Source: an uncultured Nitrososphaeraceae archaeon (GTDB taxonomy: Archaea; Thermoproteota; Nitrososphaeria; Nitrososphaerales; Nitrososphaeraceae). Taken from it: DNA of 64,000 nt. The position numbers were made by a program, and so were the translations under genes. The notes under the pieces were generated by a model. It worked only from the letters and a program-made list of their open reading frames with translations. It was not told where the DNA came from and searched no databases. This document shows positions 55,315-64,000 of the stretch, one piece after another (the first letter of the stretch is position 1; every line of letters starts with the position of its first letter). Location: positions 1 through 64,000 of the forward strand of contig CAVXZB010000023.1 in NCBI GenBank assembly GCA_963765895.1, in the 5' to 3' direction.

Positions 55315-55527
55315 CTACTTTCTTACCCTAATTCCTCCTTTTACATACTTACGAGTCCACTTTAATTTTCTAGGATCTCGTCTCAGCTTTCGCGAATTTT
55401 TCTTGCACTTTGAAGAACAGGTCCACTGAATCACTCCATCATTTTTCACCAACATTAGTCCATGACCAGTCACTATGGTTTTACCACAGAAGAAACAATT
55501 ACGAAGTGAAGTTGCTGTCTTGCTCAT
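55315..55527 (-). CDS. rpl24e: 50S ribosomal protein eL24
   Basis: 'CFFCG', 'CSSKC', 'PRKLKWT'. Confidence 0.96.
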   Translation of the reverse strand: MSKTATSLRNCFFCGKTIVTGHGLMLVKNDGVIQWTCSSKCKKNSRKLRRDPRKLKWTRKYVKGGIRVRK

Positions 55528-55555
55528 ATAATAACCCCTACCAATTATCTCCTAA

Positions 55556-55771
55556 TTACTTTATTTTTCGAGCTTCTCTTTCTGTTTCTCTGAGCATTAG
55601 GATATCGTTCATTCTTATAGATCCCTTCACGTTTCGCGTCAAGATCCGCCCTCTATCCTTCCCCTCTAATACTTTGACCCTGACTTGTATTACCTCACCG
55701 GCTATACCCGTTCGACCAACTATTTGAATTACCTCTGCAGGTATGACCTTCTCTTCAGATGCTTTACTCAT
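55556..55771 (-). CDS. rps28e: 30S ribosomal protein eS28
   Basis: '[12 protein letters not shown]', 'RNVKG', 'ETEREAR'. Confidence 0.97.
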   Translation of the reverse strand: MSKASEEKVIPAEVIQIVGRTGIAGEVIQVRVKVLEGKDRGRILTRNVKGSIRMNDILMLRETEREARKIK

Positions 55772-55780
55772 CAGGATCCC

Positions 55781-56161
55781 CTATTCTTTTTTGCTTTTCA
55801 CTGTCGAAATCGAACTTATTACTTCATCCACTATATGTTGGGCTTCTCCAGCTTCCATAATAGTTGCGGCTGCAGAACCTACGTCTATTCCAAGTGAAGC
55901 ACCAAGTTGTTGCTTACTTGGCACAAATATGTATGCAGCATGTCTATCTTCGCAGAGAATAGGCAAGTGCGCAACAACTTCTGGTGGCTCTACGTCCTCT
56001 GCTATCACAACTAGTTTACTGTTTCCTCTTTCTATCGCTTTTGTTGTCTCATTAGTTCCCTTTCTAACCTTGCCGCTCTGTTTGGCCACGCGTACAGCTT
56101 CATAGATAGCACTGACTAGATCTTTTGGAGTCTCAAATTTAACATAATAAGGCTTACTCAT
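55781..56161 (-). CDS. rpl7ae: Ribosomal protein L7Ae (eL8)
   Basis: 'KGTNETTKAIERG', 'IAEDVEPPEVVAHLP'. Confidence 0.97.
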   Translation of the reverse strand: MSKPYYVKFETPKDLVSAIYEAVRVAKQSGKVRKGTNETTKAIERGNSKLVVIAEDVEPPEVVAHLPILCEDRHAAYIFVPSKQQLGASLGIDVGSAAATIMEAGEAQHIVDEVISSISTVKSKKE

Positions 56162-56245
56162 ATTTGATGCAATCACCCGTAGGGATCATTTCTATTCTCT
56201 TGTAGGATAAAGATATTATATAATAATGTTGTCAATCACCGATCT

Positions 56246-57628
56246 CTATCGACTAGTTTGTCGTAAAATGTTCTCTATCACGGACGTGTACTCCCCTACC
56301 ATTGAATACAATCTTGATTCGTCAATAGATTCAGCGTACATCCTCAATATCGGTTCAGTACCACTAGGTCTTACTACAATCCATGAATCTTTATCAAGCC
56401 ACATTTTTGCTCCATCGATCGTTTCGGTCTTCAGCGGGTTCTTGTAGATAAGACACGCCTCCACTACCTCATTAGCAATGTGGATTGTATCACATTCGAA
56501 TTTGGATTTATATTGAAATGTTTTAGGCAATTTACCTAGCATTTGAGATAGTGACTCATTCGTTTTAGAGGAAGCAAGCATATCCAGCACAAGTGCAGTT
56601 GTCATGGCACCGTCCCTCACTTCATTCATTTTGCCATACATGAATCCACCATTCTCTTCAAGTCCAATGAGAGATTTACGTGCTACCATTTCTCTAGAGA
56701 CTTCCACGCTTCCTACCTTGGTAAATAGGACCTTTGATTTCTCTTCGTTCGCCACTAGAGAGACTAACATAGTAGTATTAATCGGGCATACAATCTCAGT
56801 ACCGCTACGCCCGGAGCTTAGTAAAAATCTAACCAGAAGGGCTCCAGTTTTGTCTCCTGGATGTACTATGCCTTTTTCATCGCAAAATATACTTCGATCT
56901 CCATCACCGTCGTAAGCCACGCCGAAATCTGCGTCTAGATCCCTTACAATTTCGCATAACGGATTAAGATTACTCACAGTAGGTTCTGAACCTCGCGAGG
57001 GGAAAGCACCGTCTAGATCACCATTAATTGTTACCACCTGACAGCCAAGCCGTCTTAGCAAGAGCGGAGCAACGTGGGCCTGAACGCCATTTCCCAAATC
57101 CATTATAACCTTAAACTTTCGTTCGCGTATCTTGTCAGAATTAACTAAACTGAGCACAGCATCAAGATATGGATTTATAATATTATCTTCCTTGTATAGA
57201 ATTCCCAAACCATCAGTTCTAGAAAATTTTTTTTCAAGATAAATTTTTTCTACCTTTAATTCGTCTTCTCTCGAAAGCTCGACACCATCTGATGCTATCG
57301 GTTTAATTCCATTATACTGTGGAGGATTATGCGAAGCAGTGATCATTATACCTCCGCTGTACCGGTATTTCTTTGTTGCAAACTGCAAACAGGGAGTAGG
57401 AATTATTCCGGCATCCCATACGTCAAGGCCGGCCGAATTTGCTGCAGAGCTAACCAGTCTTGCAATAATTGGGCTCGACAGTCTTGCATCTTGGCCAATC
57501 AATATCTTTCCATTTTTGAAAAAGGTAGCAAGAGAATAAGATAGATTTGTAATTAGCTCGAATTCAAATTCTCTTCCGAAAATACCTCTTACTCCGTTAG
57601 TACCAAAAAGCCTATTCCTAATTAGCAT
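56246..57628 (-). CDS. glmM: Phosphoglucosamine mutase / phosphohexomutase
   Basis: 'FGTNGVRG', 'TASHNP', 'DGDGDR', 'EENGG', 'RPSGTEP'. Confidence 0.85.
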   Translation of the reverse strand: MLIRNRLFGTNGVRGIFGREFEFELITNLSYSLATFFKNGKILIGQDARLSSPIIARLVSSAANSAGLDVWDAGIIPTPCLQFATKKYRYSGGIMITASHNPPQYNGIKPIASDGVELSREDELKVEKIYLEKKFSRTDGLGILYKEDNIINPYLDAVLSLVNSDKIRERKFKVIMDLGNGVQAHVAPLLLRRLGCQVVTINGDLDGAFPSRGSEPTVSNLNPLCEIVRDLDADFGVAYDGDGDRSIFCDEKGIVHPGDKTGALLVRFLLSSGRSGTEIVCPINTTMLVSLVANEEKSKVLFTKVGSVEVSREMVARKSLIGLEENGGFMYGKMNEVRDGAMTTALVLDMLASSKTNESLSQMLGKLPKTFQYKSKFECDTIHIANEVVEACLIYKNPLKTETIDGAKMWLDKDSWIVVRPSGTEPILRMYAESIDESRLYSMVGEYTSVIENILRQTSR

Positions 57629-57838
57629 CTAGATCAATTTGGGTTATAATTTAATACAGACAATTTATTGGTATCTATAGTTCCTTAAGATTTGGTTGTA
57701 CGATTCACAACCTTAACTATAGTTTCAGACTTGCATTTGAATGGTAAACATATATGAGTTATTCCTTGCTTTTTTGCATAGATGATGGCTCGGCCCAAAT
57801 AAACAAATTTAACCTACCTACAATAGTAAACAGATAGA

Positions 57839-57981
57839 GCGGGGGTCGCCAAGCCCGGCCAACGGCGCAGGTCTCGTTTTTATTGTATAACTCTAATAAA
57901 AAGAGGGCGAAGCTTAGAATGAGTCAGGCTCCTATAACCCTGTTCCTCAGGGATTCGTGGGTTCAAATCCCACCTCCCGCA
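57839..57981 (+). tRNA. tRNA-Leu(TAG) with two introns: 30/31 (57872-57911) and 38/39 (57920-57937)
   Basis: GCGGGGG/CTCCCGC acceptor stem, long variable arm; removing both introns restores CAGGG-CT-TAG-AA-CCCTG. Confidence 0.88.
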
Positions 57982-58048
57982 TCATATCATATTATGTATC
58001 ATCTAATTCCCATCGCTCTCTAGCTATGAGAAATAATGTAATAGCAAC

Positions 58049-58235
58049 TTATGTAAGTCGTACGCAAAGGCTTCTCTCCTTATGATCCTGAAAGTGGATC
58101 TCGCAAAAATCATTGTCACAATCATAACAATGCCAAGCAGATAAGGTATAACAAACCGTACATTTACGAAAAGGCATATTGTAGTCGTAATTTTTTTTTC
58201 CCTTCGATTTTTGTTGCTGCCGTCTGCTGCTTCAT
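58049..58235 (-). CDS. B-box-type zinc-finger microprotein, absent from the ORF track
   Basis: 58177-58049 encodes MPFRKCTVCYTLSAWHCYDCDNDFCEIHFQDHKERSLCVRLT*; extends to the ATG at 58235 (61 aa) if the A9 run is A8. Confidence 0.75.
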
Positions 58236-58427
58236 AAGATCTGTACACTAACAATTTCCGTAACAACAGTTACTGTATTGATTGTCATAAAATATTGTCC
58301 TCAGATTGTTAATTCCATGAAGTCCATGCACAATTCCAACTACAAGTTGACCACCATATTTTGAATTTAAATGTTTGTTTGCTTCTAATGGAAGATTTAA
58401 TTTTGGTATTATAGATCGTGGCAGCTT

Positions 58428-59291
58428 ATGGTTGATGAACCAAAGGCACTCGCGGAGCTTACAGTAATAGGAAAGGATCAAAAAGGGGTCGTCGCTGACA
58501 TAACCAATTTTATATTTACAAAAGGTGGAAATATCGAAAATGTGAACCAGAAGGTAACGCGAGGCCTGTTTGGAATGCATTTGGAAGCATCATTTCACGA
58601 AATTGATAGAGTCTCTCTCGATAAAGGGTTAATGGCCTTGTCAAAGAAGCTGAATATGGAGATTAGAGTCCATTATGACGAACCGAACAGGCTCAAAAAC
58701 ATAGCTATTTTAGTTACCAAAGAGGCGCACTGCCTAGAGAAAATTTTAGATTCTAAAAAACGGAACGAAATAAATGCAAATATTTCCGCCATAATTGGAA
58801 ACGATGGATTGTTGTCTAAGATTGCAAATGACTTTAAAATATCGTTTCATACAGTCTCCTACGACGATCGAACCGATACTGCTGAACAAAACATTTTGGA
58901 ATTGATAGAACAATATAATATTGACCTTATAGTTTTAGCGAGATATATGCGAATTCTAAGCCCTAACTTTGTTTGGAGATACCCGAATCGGATCATAAAT
59001 ATACATCCATCATTGCTGCCTGCCTTTCCTGGGGCTCTGGCATACGCTCAGGCCTATGAGAGAGGTGCTAAGATAATTGGCTGCACTGCTCATTTCGTAA
59101 CAGATGATCTCGACCAAGGTCCAATAATATGTCAAGATGCATTCAAAGTGTCAGAAAGTGACACATTAGACACCATAAAGACAAAAGGAAGAGATTTAGA
59201 AGCCACTACCTTGTTGAATGCGATCAAGTTATATTTAGAGGGAAGGCTAGAGGTCTATTGGGGAAAAGTAATTACAAAGTCACGTAGCTAA
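58428..59291 (+). CDS. purU: Formyltetrahydrofolate deformylase
   Basis: N-terminal ACT domain 'DQKGVVA', 'LARYMRIL', 'INIHPSLLPAF', 'LDQGPII'. Confidence 0.92.
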   Translation: MVDEPKALAELTVIGKDQKGVVADITNFIFTKGGNIENVNQKVTRGLFGMHLEASFHEIDRVSLDKGLMALSKKLNMEIRVHYDEPNRLKNIAILVTKEAHCLEKILDSKKRNEINANISAIIGNDGLLSKIANDFKISFHTVSYDDRTDTAEQNILELIEQYNIDLIVLARYMRILSPNFVWRYPNRIINIHPSLLPAFPGALAYAQAYERGAKIIGCTAHFVTDDLDQGPIICQDAFKVSESDTLDTIKTKGRDLEATTLLNAIKLYLEGRLEVYWGKVITKSRS

Positions 59292-59412
59292 ACATTTTGG
59301 AATGCCAAATGTACTCGTCAATTGAATAAAGGTACTAGAATTCTTTGCTATGGCTTATTTGTACATAAGGCTAGTTTAAAGTTGATAAGTGTGTCCTATA
59401 TAATTTCTATAA

Positions 59413-60120
59413 TTGTCTTACCATATCAATGAACTTACTGACCCGGAATTTCGTAATGCCGTGGCCCGAAATCAGACAGCTATAATTCCAGTAGGTTCAC
59501 TTGAACAGCATGGTGAACATTTGCCAATCTCCACTGATTCAATAGTTGTTGATTACATATCTTCCAAGGTGGCATTGGATGTTGGCGCATTTAAACTGCC
59601 AGTAGTTAATTATGGGATATCGTATGAACATAGGCCACTGTTCAATATATCTTTACAGAGTTCCACGCTGTTAGCTGTCATATCTGAGATATGTTGTTCT
59701 TTACTAGATAACGGAATCAAAACCATTATCATAATTAACGGTCATCACGGAAATGCTGGTATACTACAATATGTATCACAAACCACGCCTGGAAATTTTT
59801 CGCGGGAATCTAATATTTATGTTCTCAACTATTGGCAATTAATGTCAGACAAATTTGATCATGCCGGTAACGTCGAGACATCTTTACTGCTAGCCATTGC
59901 TCCGAATCTAGTCCAGATGCAAAAGGCAAAACCCAACTCCAAAGAATTACAAAAATCAAAGATTGCATATACTGCTATAGCAAACTCTCCAGGTAGTTTC
60001 CCACGGCTTACAGGCAATGGTGTTTGGGGCGATCCAACAGGCGCAAGCATAGAAAAAGGGATCGAATTATTGCGAGAAATTGTCAATAATATTAAATCTG
60101 TCATTACCGAACTACGCTAA
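59413..60120 (+). CDS. Creatininase-family amidohydrolase (possibly ArfB-like)
   Basis: 'GSLEQHGEHLP..TD', 'NGHHGN', 'HAG..ETS'. Confidence 0.88.
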   Translation: MSYHINELTDPEFRNAVARNQTAIIPVGSLEQHGEHLPISTDSIVVDYISSKVALDVGAFKLPVVNYGISYEHRPLFNISLQSSTLLAVISEICCSLLDNGIKTIIIINGHHGNAGILQYVSQTTPGNFSRESNIYVLNYWQLMSDKFDHAGNVETSLLLAIAPNLVQMQKAKPNSKELQKSKIAYTAIANSPGSFPRLTGNGVWGDPTGASIEKGIELLREIVNNIKSVITELR

Positions 60121-60293
60121 TGGAAATGGTCCGAACATGCCAGCATTAAGTTACATTGATCTATTTTTGTATACTCTGGATTTTATACAAATTCTTTTCA
60201 AACTTCTTTATACCAGGCCAGGCCTAGACTTGGCCGACAATGATATTTTAATATATCACCATGTTACGCCTATTCCATAGGTAGAATTTAGCG

Positions 60294-60524
60294 ATGTCAG
60301 TTGATATGGCTGTAAAAGTCTTGGACGAAAGCTTGGGTAAGGTTGTCCTTATAAAGCTAAAAGGGGGTAAGGTAATTAGAGGTAATTTACATGGGTTTGA
60401 CCAACACATGAATTTATTGTTAGAGAATTCTGTAGAAATACTTCAGGATGGCAAATCTAATGATCTAGGGACTATAGTAGTCAGGGGCGATAATGTCGTA
60501 ATCATTTCTCCGCCGCCTCAATAA
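60294..60524 (+). CDS. Sm-like archaeal protein (SmAP/Lsm)
   Basis: '[10 protein letters not shown]', 'VRGDNV'; upstream of L37e. Confidence 0.95.
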   Translation: MSVDMAVKVLDESLGKVVLIKLKGGKVIRGNLHGFDQHMNLLLENSVEILQDGKSNDLGTIVVRGDNVVIISPPPQ

Positions 60525-60549
60525 TAATTAAAAAAATTCGGTGATATAA

Positions 60550-60720
60550 ATGACCAAAGGCACTACATCGATGGGAAAGTTTACGAGGAAAAAGGTGCAC
60601 ATTAGGTGTAGGAGATGTGGACACAACTCATTTCACAAGCGAGGAAAGGCTTGTTCAAAATGTGGATATCCTGAGCCGAAAATGCGAAAATATAGTTGGA
60701 TAAAAAGAAGCGTTCTTTAA
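60550..60720 (+). CDS. rpl37e: 50S ribosomal protein eL37 (below the ORF-track cutoff)
   Basis: [50 protein letters not shown]. Confidence 0.97.
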   Translation: MTKGTTSMGKFTRKKVHIRCRRCGHNSFHKRGKACSKCGYPEPKMRKYSWIKRSVL

Positions 60721-60794
60721 TATCCGACTGTTGTTTCTGTGAGATGACCTAGTCTATATCCTATCGAAAACTGGGCTAGAGGAAATGCTGAATC

Positions 60795-61544
60795 TTGTTT
60801 GAGCTAGTTATTATAGCCGCATCCTCAGCATTAGGTGCGTTGTCTGTCTTTATTCTTCATGGTAGCAAGGCAGTAACAAATCATATAAATAAAATTAAGG
60901 GTAAAGCCATTTTACATCCATTCGAGTCCGCACGCAGCGAACTAGAATCATTGAAGCTTGATAAGGATTCTCTGGTTGATAAAATAAATAGAGCCTACAA
61001 AGCTAAAAATGAGGAAAAGATCGACACATACGAGCGAGACAAGATAATCCTAAACTGCAAAGAACAAATAAGATTACAGAATATAAGAATCAAAGACCTG
61101 GAAGAGGTAAGCAATTATTCCGAGATTTTAAAAATGCGATCAGAATTAATAGGGCTCCTAGAGACAAGAATTCCAAAGATTGATAGTAAATTAAGGGAAT
61201 TATCTACAAAGTTAATAATAAACAGCGCCACTAACCTTGATTCATCTAAGCCGTTCAGTACCAGTCCTAATGAAAAAGTAAAGGAAAAATTCACAGGCGG
61301 AACACCGATCGCTACAAATATAAAAAATAACCATCGATCAGAAGGATATAATTATACTGAAGAGAATATCCAGAAGATTCAGCACGAGATCACTAAGGCA
61401 ATAGCCGAGTTGGAAGAACCAAACGTTAATTCCATCAATAACACCACAGGGAATTACCAACCATCAGACAAAAAAATGACTCTTGAACGAGCCCAGAATA
61501 GAGACGCATTGTCTTTTTTGGATTACTTCTATGACAAATCATAA
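60795..61544 (+). CDS. Membrane-anchored coiled-coil hypothetical protein
   Basis: N-terminal hydrophobic helix followed by long heptad-like segments. Confidence 0.75.
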   Translation: MFELVIIAASSALGALSVFILHGSKAVTNHINKIKGKAILHPFESARSELESLKLDKDSLVDKINRAYKAKNEEKIDTYERDKIILNCKEQIRLQNIRIKDLEEVSNYSEILKMRSELIGLLETRIPKIDSKLRELSTKLIINSATNLDSSKPFSTSPNEKVKEKFTGGTPIATNIKNNHRSEGYNYTEENIQKIQHEITKAIAELEEPNVNSINNTTGNYQPSDKKMTLERAQNRDALSFLDYFYDKS

Positions 61545-61775
61545 TTCCCATTCTATTAATGGCAAAAAAAAGATCTAAAATCTGATTTGATCATCTCAGG
61601 CTGTGTCACGATATTCATTCGGTAATTAATAATAGACATCTGAAACGACTGTTTATCGCGATCTCCTGACCAGGCTCCATTTACATTACAATCCTTCATA
61701 TAAGCACTCTAGTGTGCATATCTGCAAATAACTCCGCCTATTCATGACGCGTTTTAGTTTATAATTGTTATCTTT

Positions 61776-62033
61776 CTAATAGAAATCGAAAAACCCAGTT
61801 CTATCTTTTATGTACTGTATCGTTATTTCTATGAAAGTTTTTAAATTGAGGATAATTATGTTATTCAATATTTGGGAATCTACATACCTATGGATACATG
61901 TGCCACCATCTGCTGAAATATTGTGTCTTGCGTATCTTCTTATCAGAGGCTGTATACCTTGTTTAGCCACAAGCATGTTCCTTTCGCCTGAGGGACATCT
62001 AACAAAGATTTCCTTATTGGTTGTCTTTTGCAA
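61776..62033 (-). pseudogene. Possible decayed small zinc-binding protein
   Basis: 'VRCPSG...GGTCIHRYVD' resembles a CPxC...CxH motif missing the second Cys. Confidence 0.25.
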
Positions 62034-63023
62034 CTCTTTATCATATCTAGTTACTACCTACTTTAATCAATGCTTAGTCTATAATGAATTCGGAGAATTT
62101 ACATCTGGTTTGTTTGCAATAGCTAACTTGTTTTGTGTACCTGCTTTCTGTTCCGAATGGAAAAATAGCCCTTTCGATATTGACATAGCCCTAGTATGCG
62201 TTTCACAGGAGAGGCTTACAAAATATAACTATAGTGCGTAGTAAGATATTCCACTGAAGTCATAGATCTTACTTTGCACATAACTCCTAGTAGTCTTTAA
62301 CTATGGGACTATCCGTTACGCGAACAACGCCTACTTACTGCACATCACATTAAAATAGGAATACTCTTGTAGAACCATGGCCAAGTGACGTCCACTCAAG
62401 TACGTCAAAGTCAGCGATCGTTCTTACGGCACACATCAGGAGCTGGTTGGTTTACTAATTTTCCATAATAAAAGAATGTCAAGCAAACCGAAGAGGTTAT
62501 ACAAATGTTCTGTGAATTAAATGACTGTTGACTTGATTTCAAAGAGCTATCAAGGTATCAGTCAATACAAAGTCCGTGGGATAAGTTTGAAGAAAGGGTA
62601 TCACCATAAGTGTTCCTTCGGAAAAGGCGACGAACTTTTTTTGTATAATTCAGACCAGGGTCGCCAGTCTTAACTACTATGTAGAATTTCATAATCGTAT
62701 ATAATAACTTGGAGAAGAAATGCTCGTCCTGTGCTTTTCGATTATTTCAATGAATAAGTTGTAACTATGTCCTCAGAACATGGCCGCAATGGCAAGATAC
62801 GCCGATGGAGGTAGTACAGTTCTATACACAGTCTTTAAGTTCTACGACATCAAATCTGAAAAAGTTAGAGATATAAAATTGGACAGGATTAAAAATACTG
62901 TTAGAACAGATCCTAATGAAATATTAGCTTTCTTCCTCCAACTATCTTTGGATACCTTCAATGCTTCAGAATTTGAATAGACACAACCCATTGTGGGAAA
63001 GGTTAAAGTTGGATTGACATTAT

Positions 63024-63719
63024 TTGCATTCCATGTCTTCGATGAACACATCAATTCGCAGACTGGCCAAGGACATCGTGAATAAATACATTATCGAAAA
63101 CATGACAATTGGTTTAGGGAGCGGTAGTGCAGTTGCAGCAATAGTCGGAGAGTTAGGACGGATATCGATCAAAGATTCCTTGACATTCATACCTACATCA
63201 TTACAGATTGAGTTAGTGGCTGAAGAAAATAACCTCAGGATTAATGATGAAAGCAGAATTTCAGAAATTGACATAGTATTTGATGGCGCTGATCAGATCG
63301 ATTCAAATCTTAACATGATTAAGGGAGGAGGGGGGGCATTACTAAAGGAAAAGATTATCACCTCCGCCTCTCCAAAGCTAGTAATTACAGCAGATTCTAC
63401 TAAATATGTGAGCTCATTTACCCGCCCCGTTCCCATAGAGGTACACAAATTTGCCAGGCGCATAGTCTACGACAAGTTAAAGAAAGTAGGTGGTCAGCCA
63501 CAATTGAGAACTTTGGAAAAGGGATATCCATTCATTACCGAGAGTTCCAACTTAATTTATGATACCATTTTTGAGCCACATGAAAACCATAGACAGAAGG
63601 AAAATGAAATCAAGAGTATTCCTGGTGTCATCGAAGTGGGACTCTTCACACGTCGAGCTGATGCATATTATAAAGCAAACAATGATGGGTCTTTTGAAAT
63701 TATTTGTGGCAGTTCGTAG
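63024..63719 (+). CDS. rpiA: Ribose-5-phosphate isomerase A
   Basis: 'GLGSGS', 'DGADQID', 'IKGGGGALLKEK', 'GVIEVGLF'. Confidence 0.96.
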   Translation: MHSMSSMNTSIRRLAKDIVNKYIIENMTIGLGSGSAVAAIVGELGRISIKDSLTFIPTSLQIELVAEENNLRINDESRISEIDIVFDGADQIDSNLNMIKGGGGALLKEKIITSASPKLVITADSTKYVSSFTRPVPIEVHKFARRIVYDKLKKVGGQPQLRTLEKGYPFITESSNLIYDTIFEPHENHRQKENEIKSIPGVIEVGLFTRRADAYYKANNDGSFEIICGSS

Positions 63720-64000
63720 GCCTACTTATGAATTCTCCGTGACCCAGGCTTCTCTTTTCTACTTCTCCGTTTTCCATTACTACAATTCCTCTAACCATAG
63801 TCAAAACAGGCCATCCCTTCAATTCCCAACCGTCATATATAGTGTAGTCAGAATAAGACTTGAGTAGTTGTGAAGATACTCTTTTCTTTAACGCTAGATC
63901 AACGATTATGAGGTCGGCGTCTGAACCAGGTTGGATAGTACCCTTCCTTGGATAAAGGCTAAAGATCTTGGAGGTATTATAACTAGTTACTTCAGCTACT
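63700..64000 (-). CDS. Cyclic amidohydrolase (dihydroorotase/dihydropyrimidinase family), C-terminal part only
   Basis: Minus strand reads 'KIFSLYPRKGTIQPGSDADLIIVD..YDGWELKGWPVLTMVRG..GHGEFI'. Confidence 0.88.
   Translation of the reverse strand, partial: VAEVTSYNTSKIFSLYPRKGTIQPGSDADLIIVDLALKKRVSSQLLKSYSDYTIYDGWELKGWPVLTMVRGIVVMENGEVEKRSLGHGEFISRPTNCHK

Noticed and set aside
58024-58580. Track ORFs 58024-58266 and 58248-58580
   Set aside because: The first is an alternative frame over the B-box gene and the second is largely antisense to purU
61810-62241. 143-aa hydrophobic plus-strand ORF
   Set aside because: Cys/Leu/Phe-rich composition typical of non-coding AT-rich or antisense frames

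Overview
AT-rich core-genome segment of an ammonia-oxidising archaeon (Nitrososphaerota, most likely Nitrososphaeraceae). The assignment rests on unsplit rpoA and rpoB, the acetyl-/propionyl-CoA carboxylase operon, fragmented ribosomal operons with no L34e/L14e around cmk, and tRNAs with non-canonical introns. The window holds the end of the spc operon, the RNA polymerase/str cluster, sdhACDB, larB/larC/larE plus a cysteine desulfurase, TBP, hisS, infB, three tRNAs and various metabolic genes. No CRISPR array, transposase or provirus was seen. About 29 single-base frameshifts break genes, including essential ones, so they are treated as consensus errors and gene coordinates are given as reconstructed. 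About half of these errors lie at GCWGC sites, which may reflect host DNA methylation. The best leads are a half-size deoxyhypusine-hydroxylase-like HEAT protein, an NPN cofactor pathway whose LarA-like gene in this window lacks the cofactor-tethering lysine, a hypothetical protein with class I isoprenoid-synthase-like motifs, and an uncalled B-box zinc-finger microprotein. All family assignments come from motif recognition only; no database searches were run.
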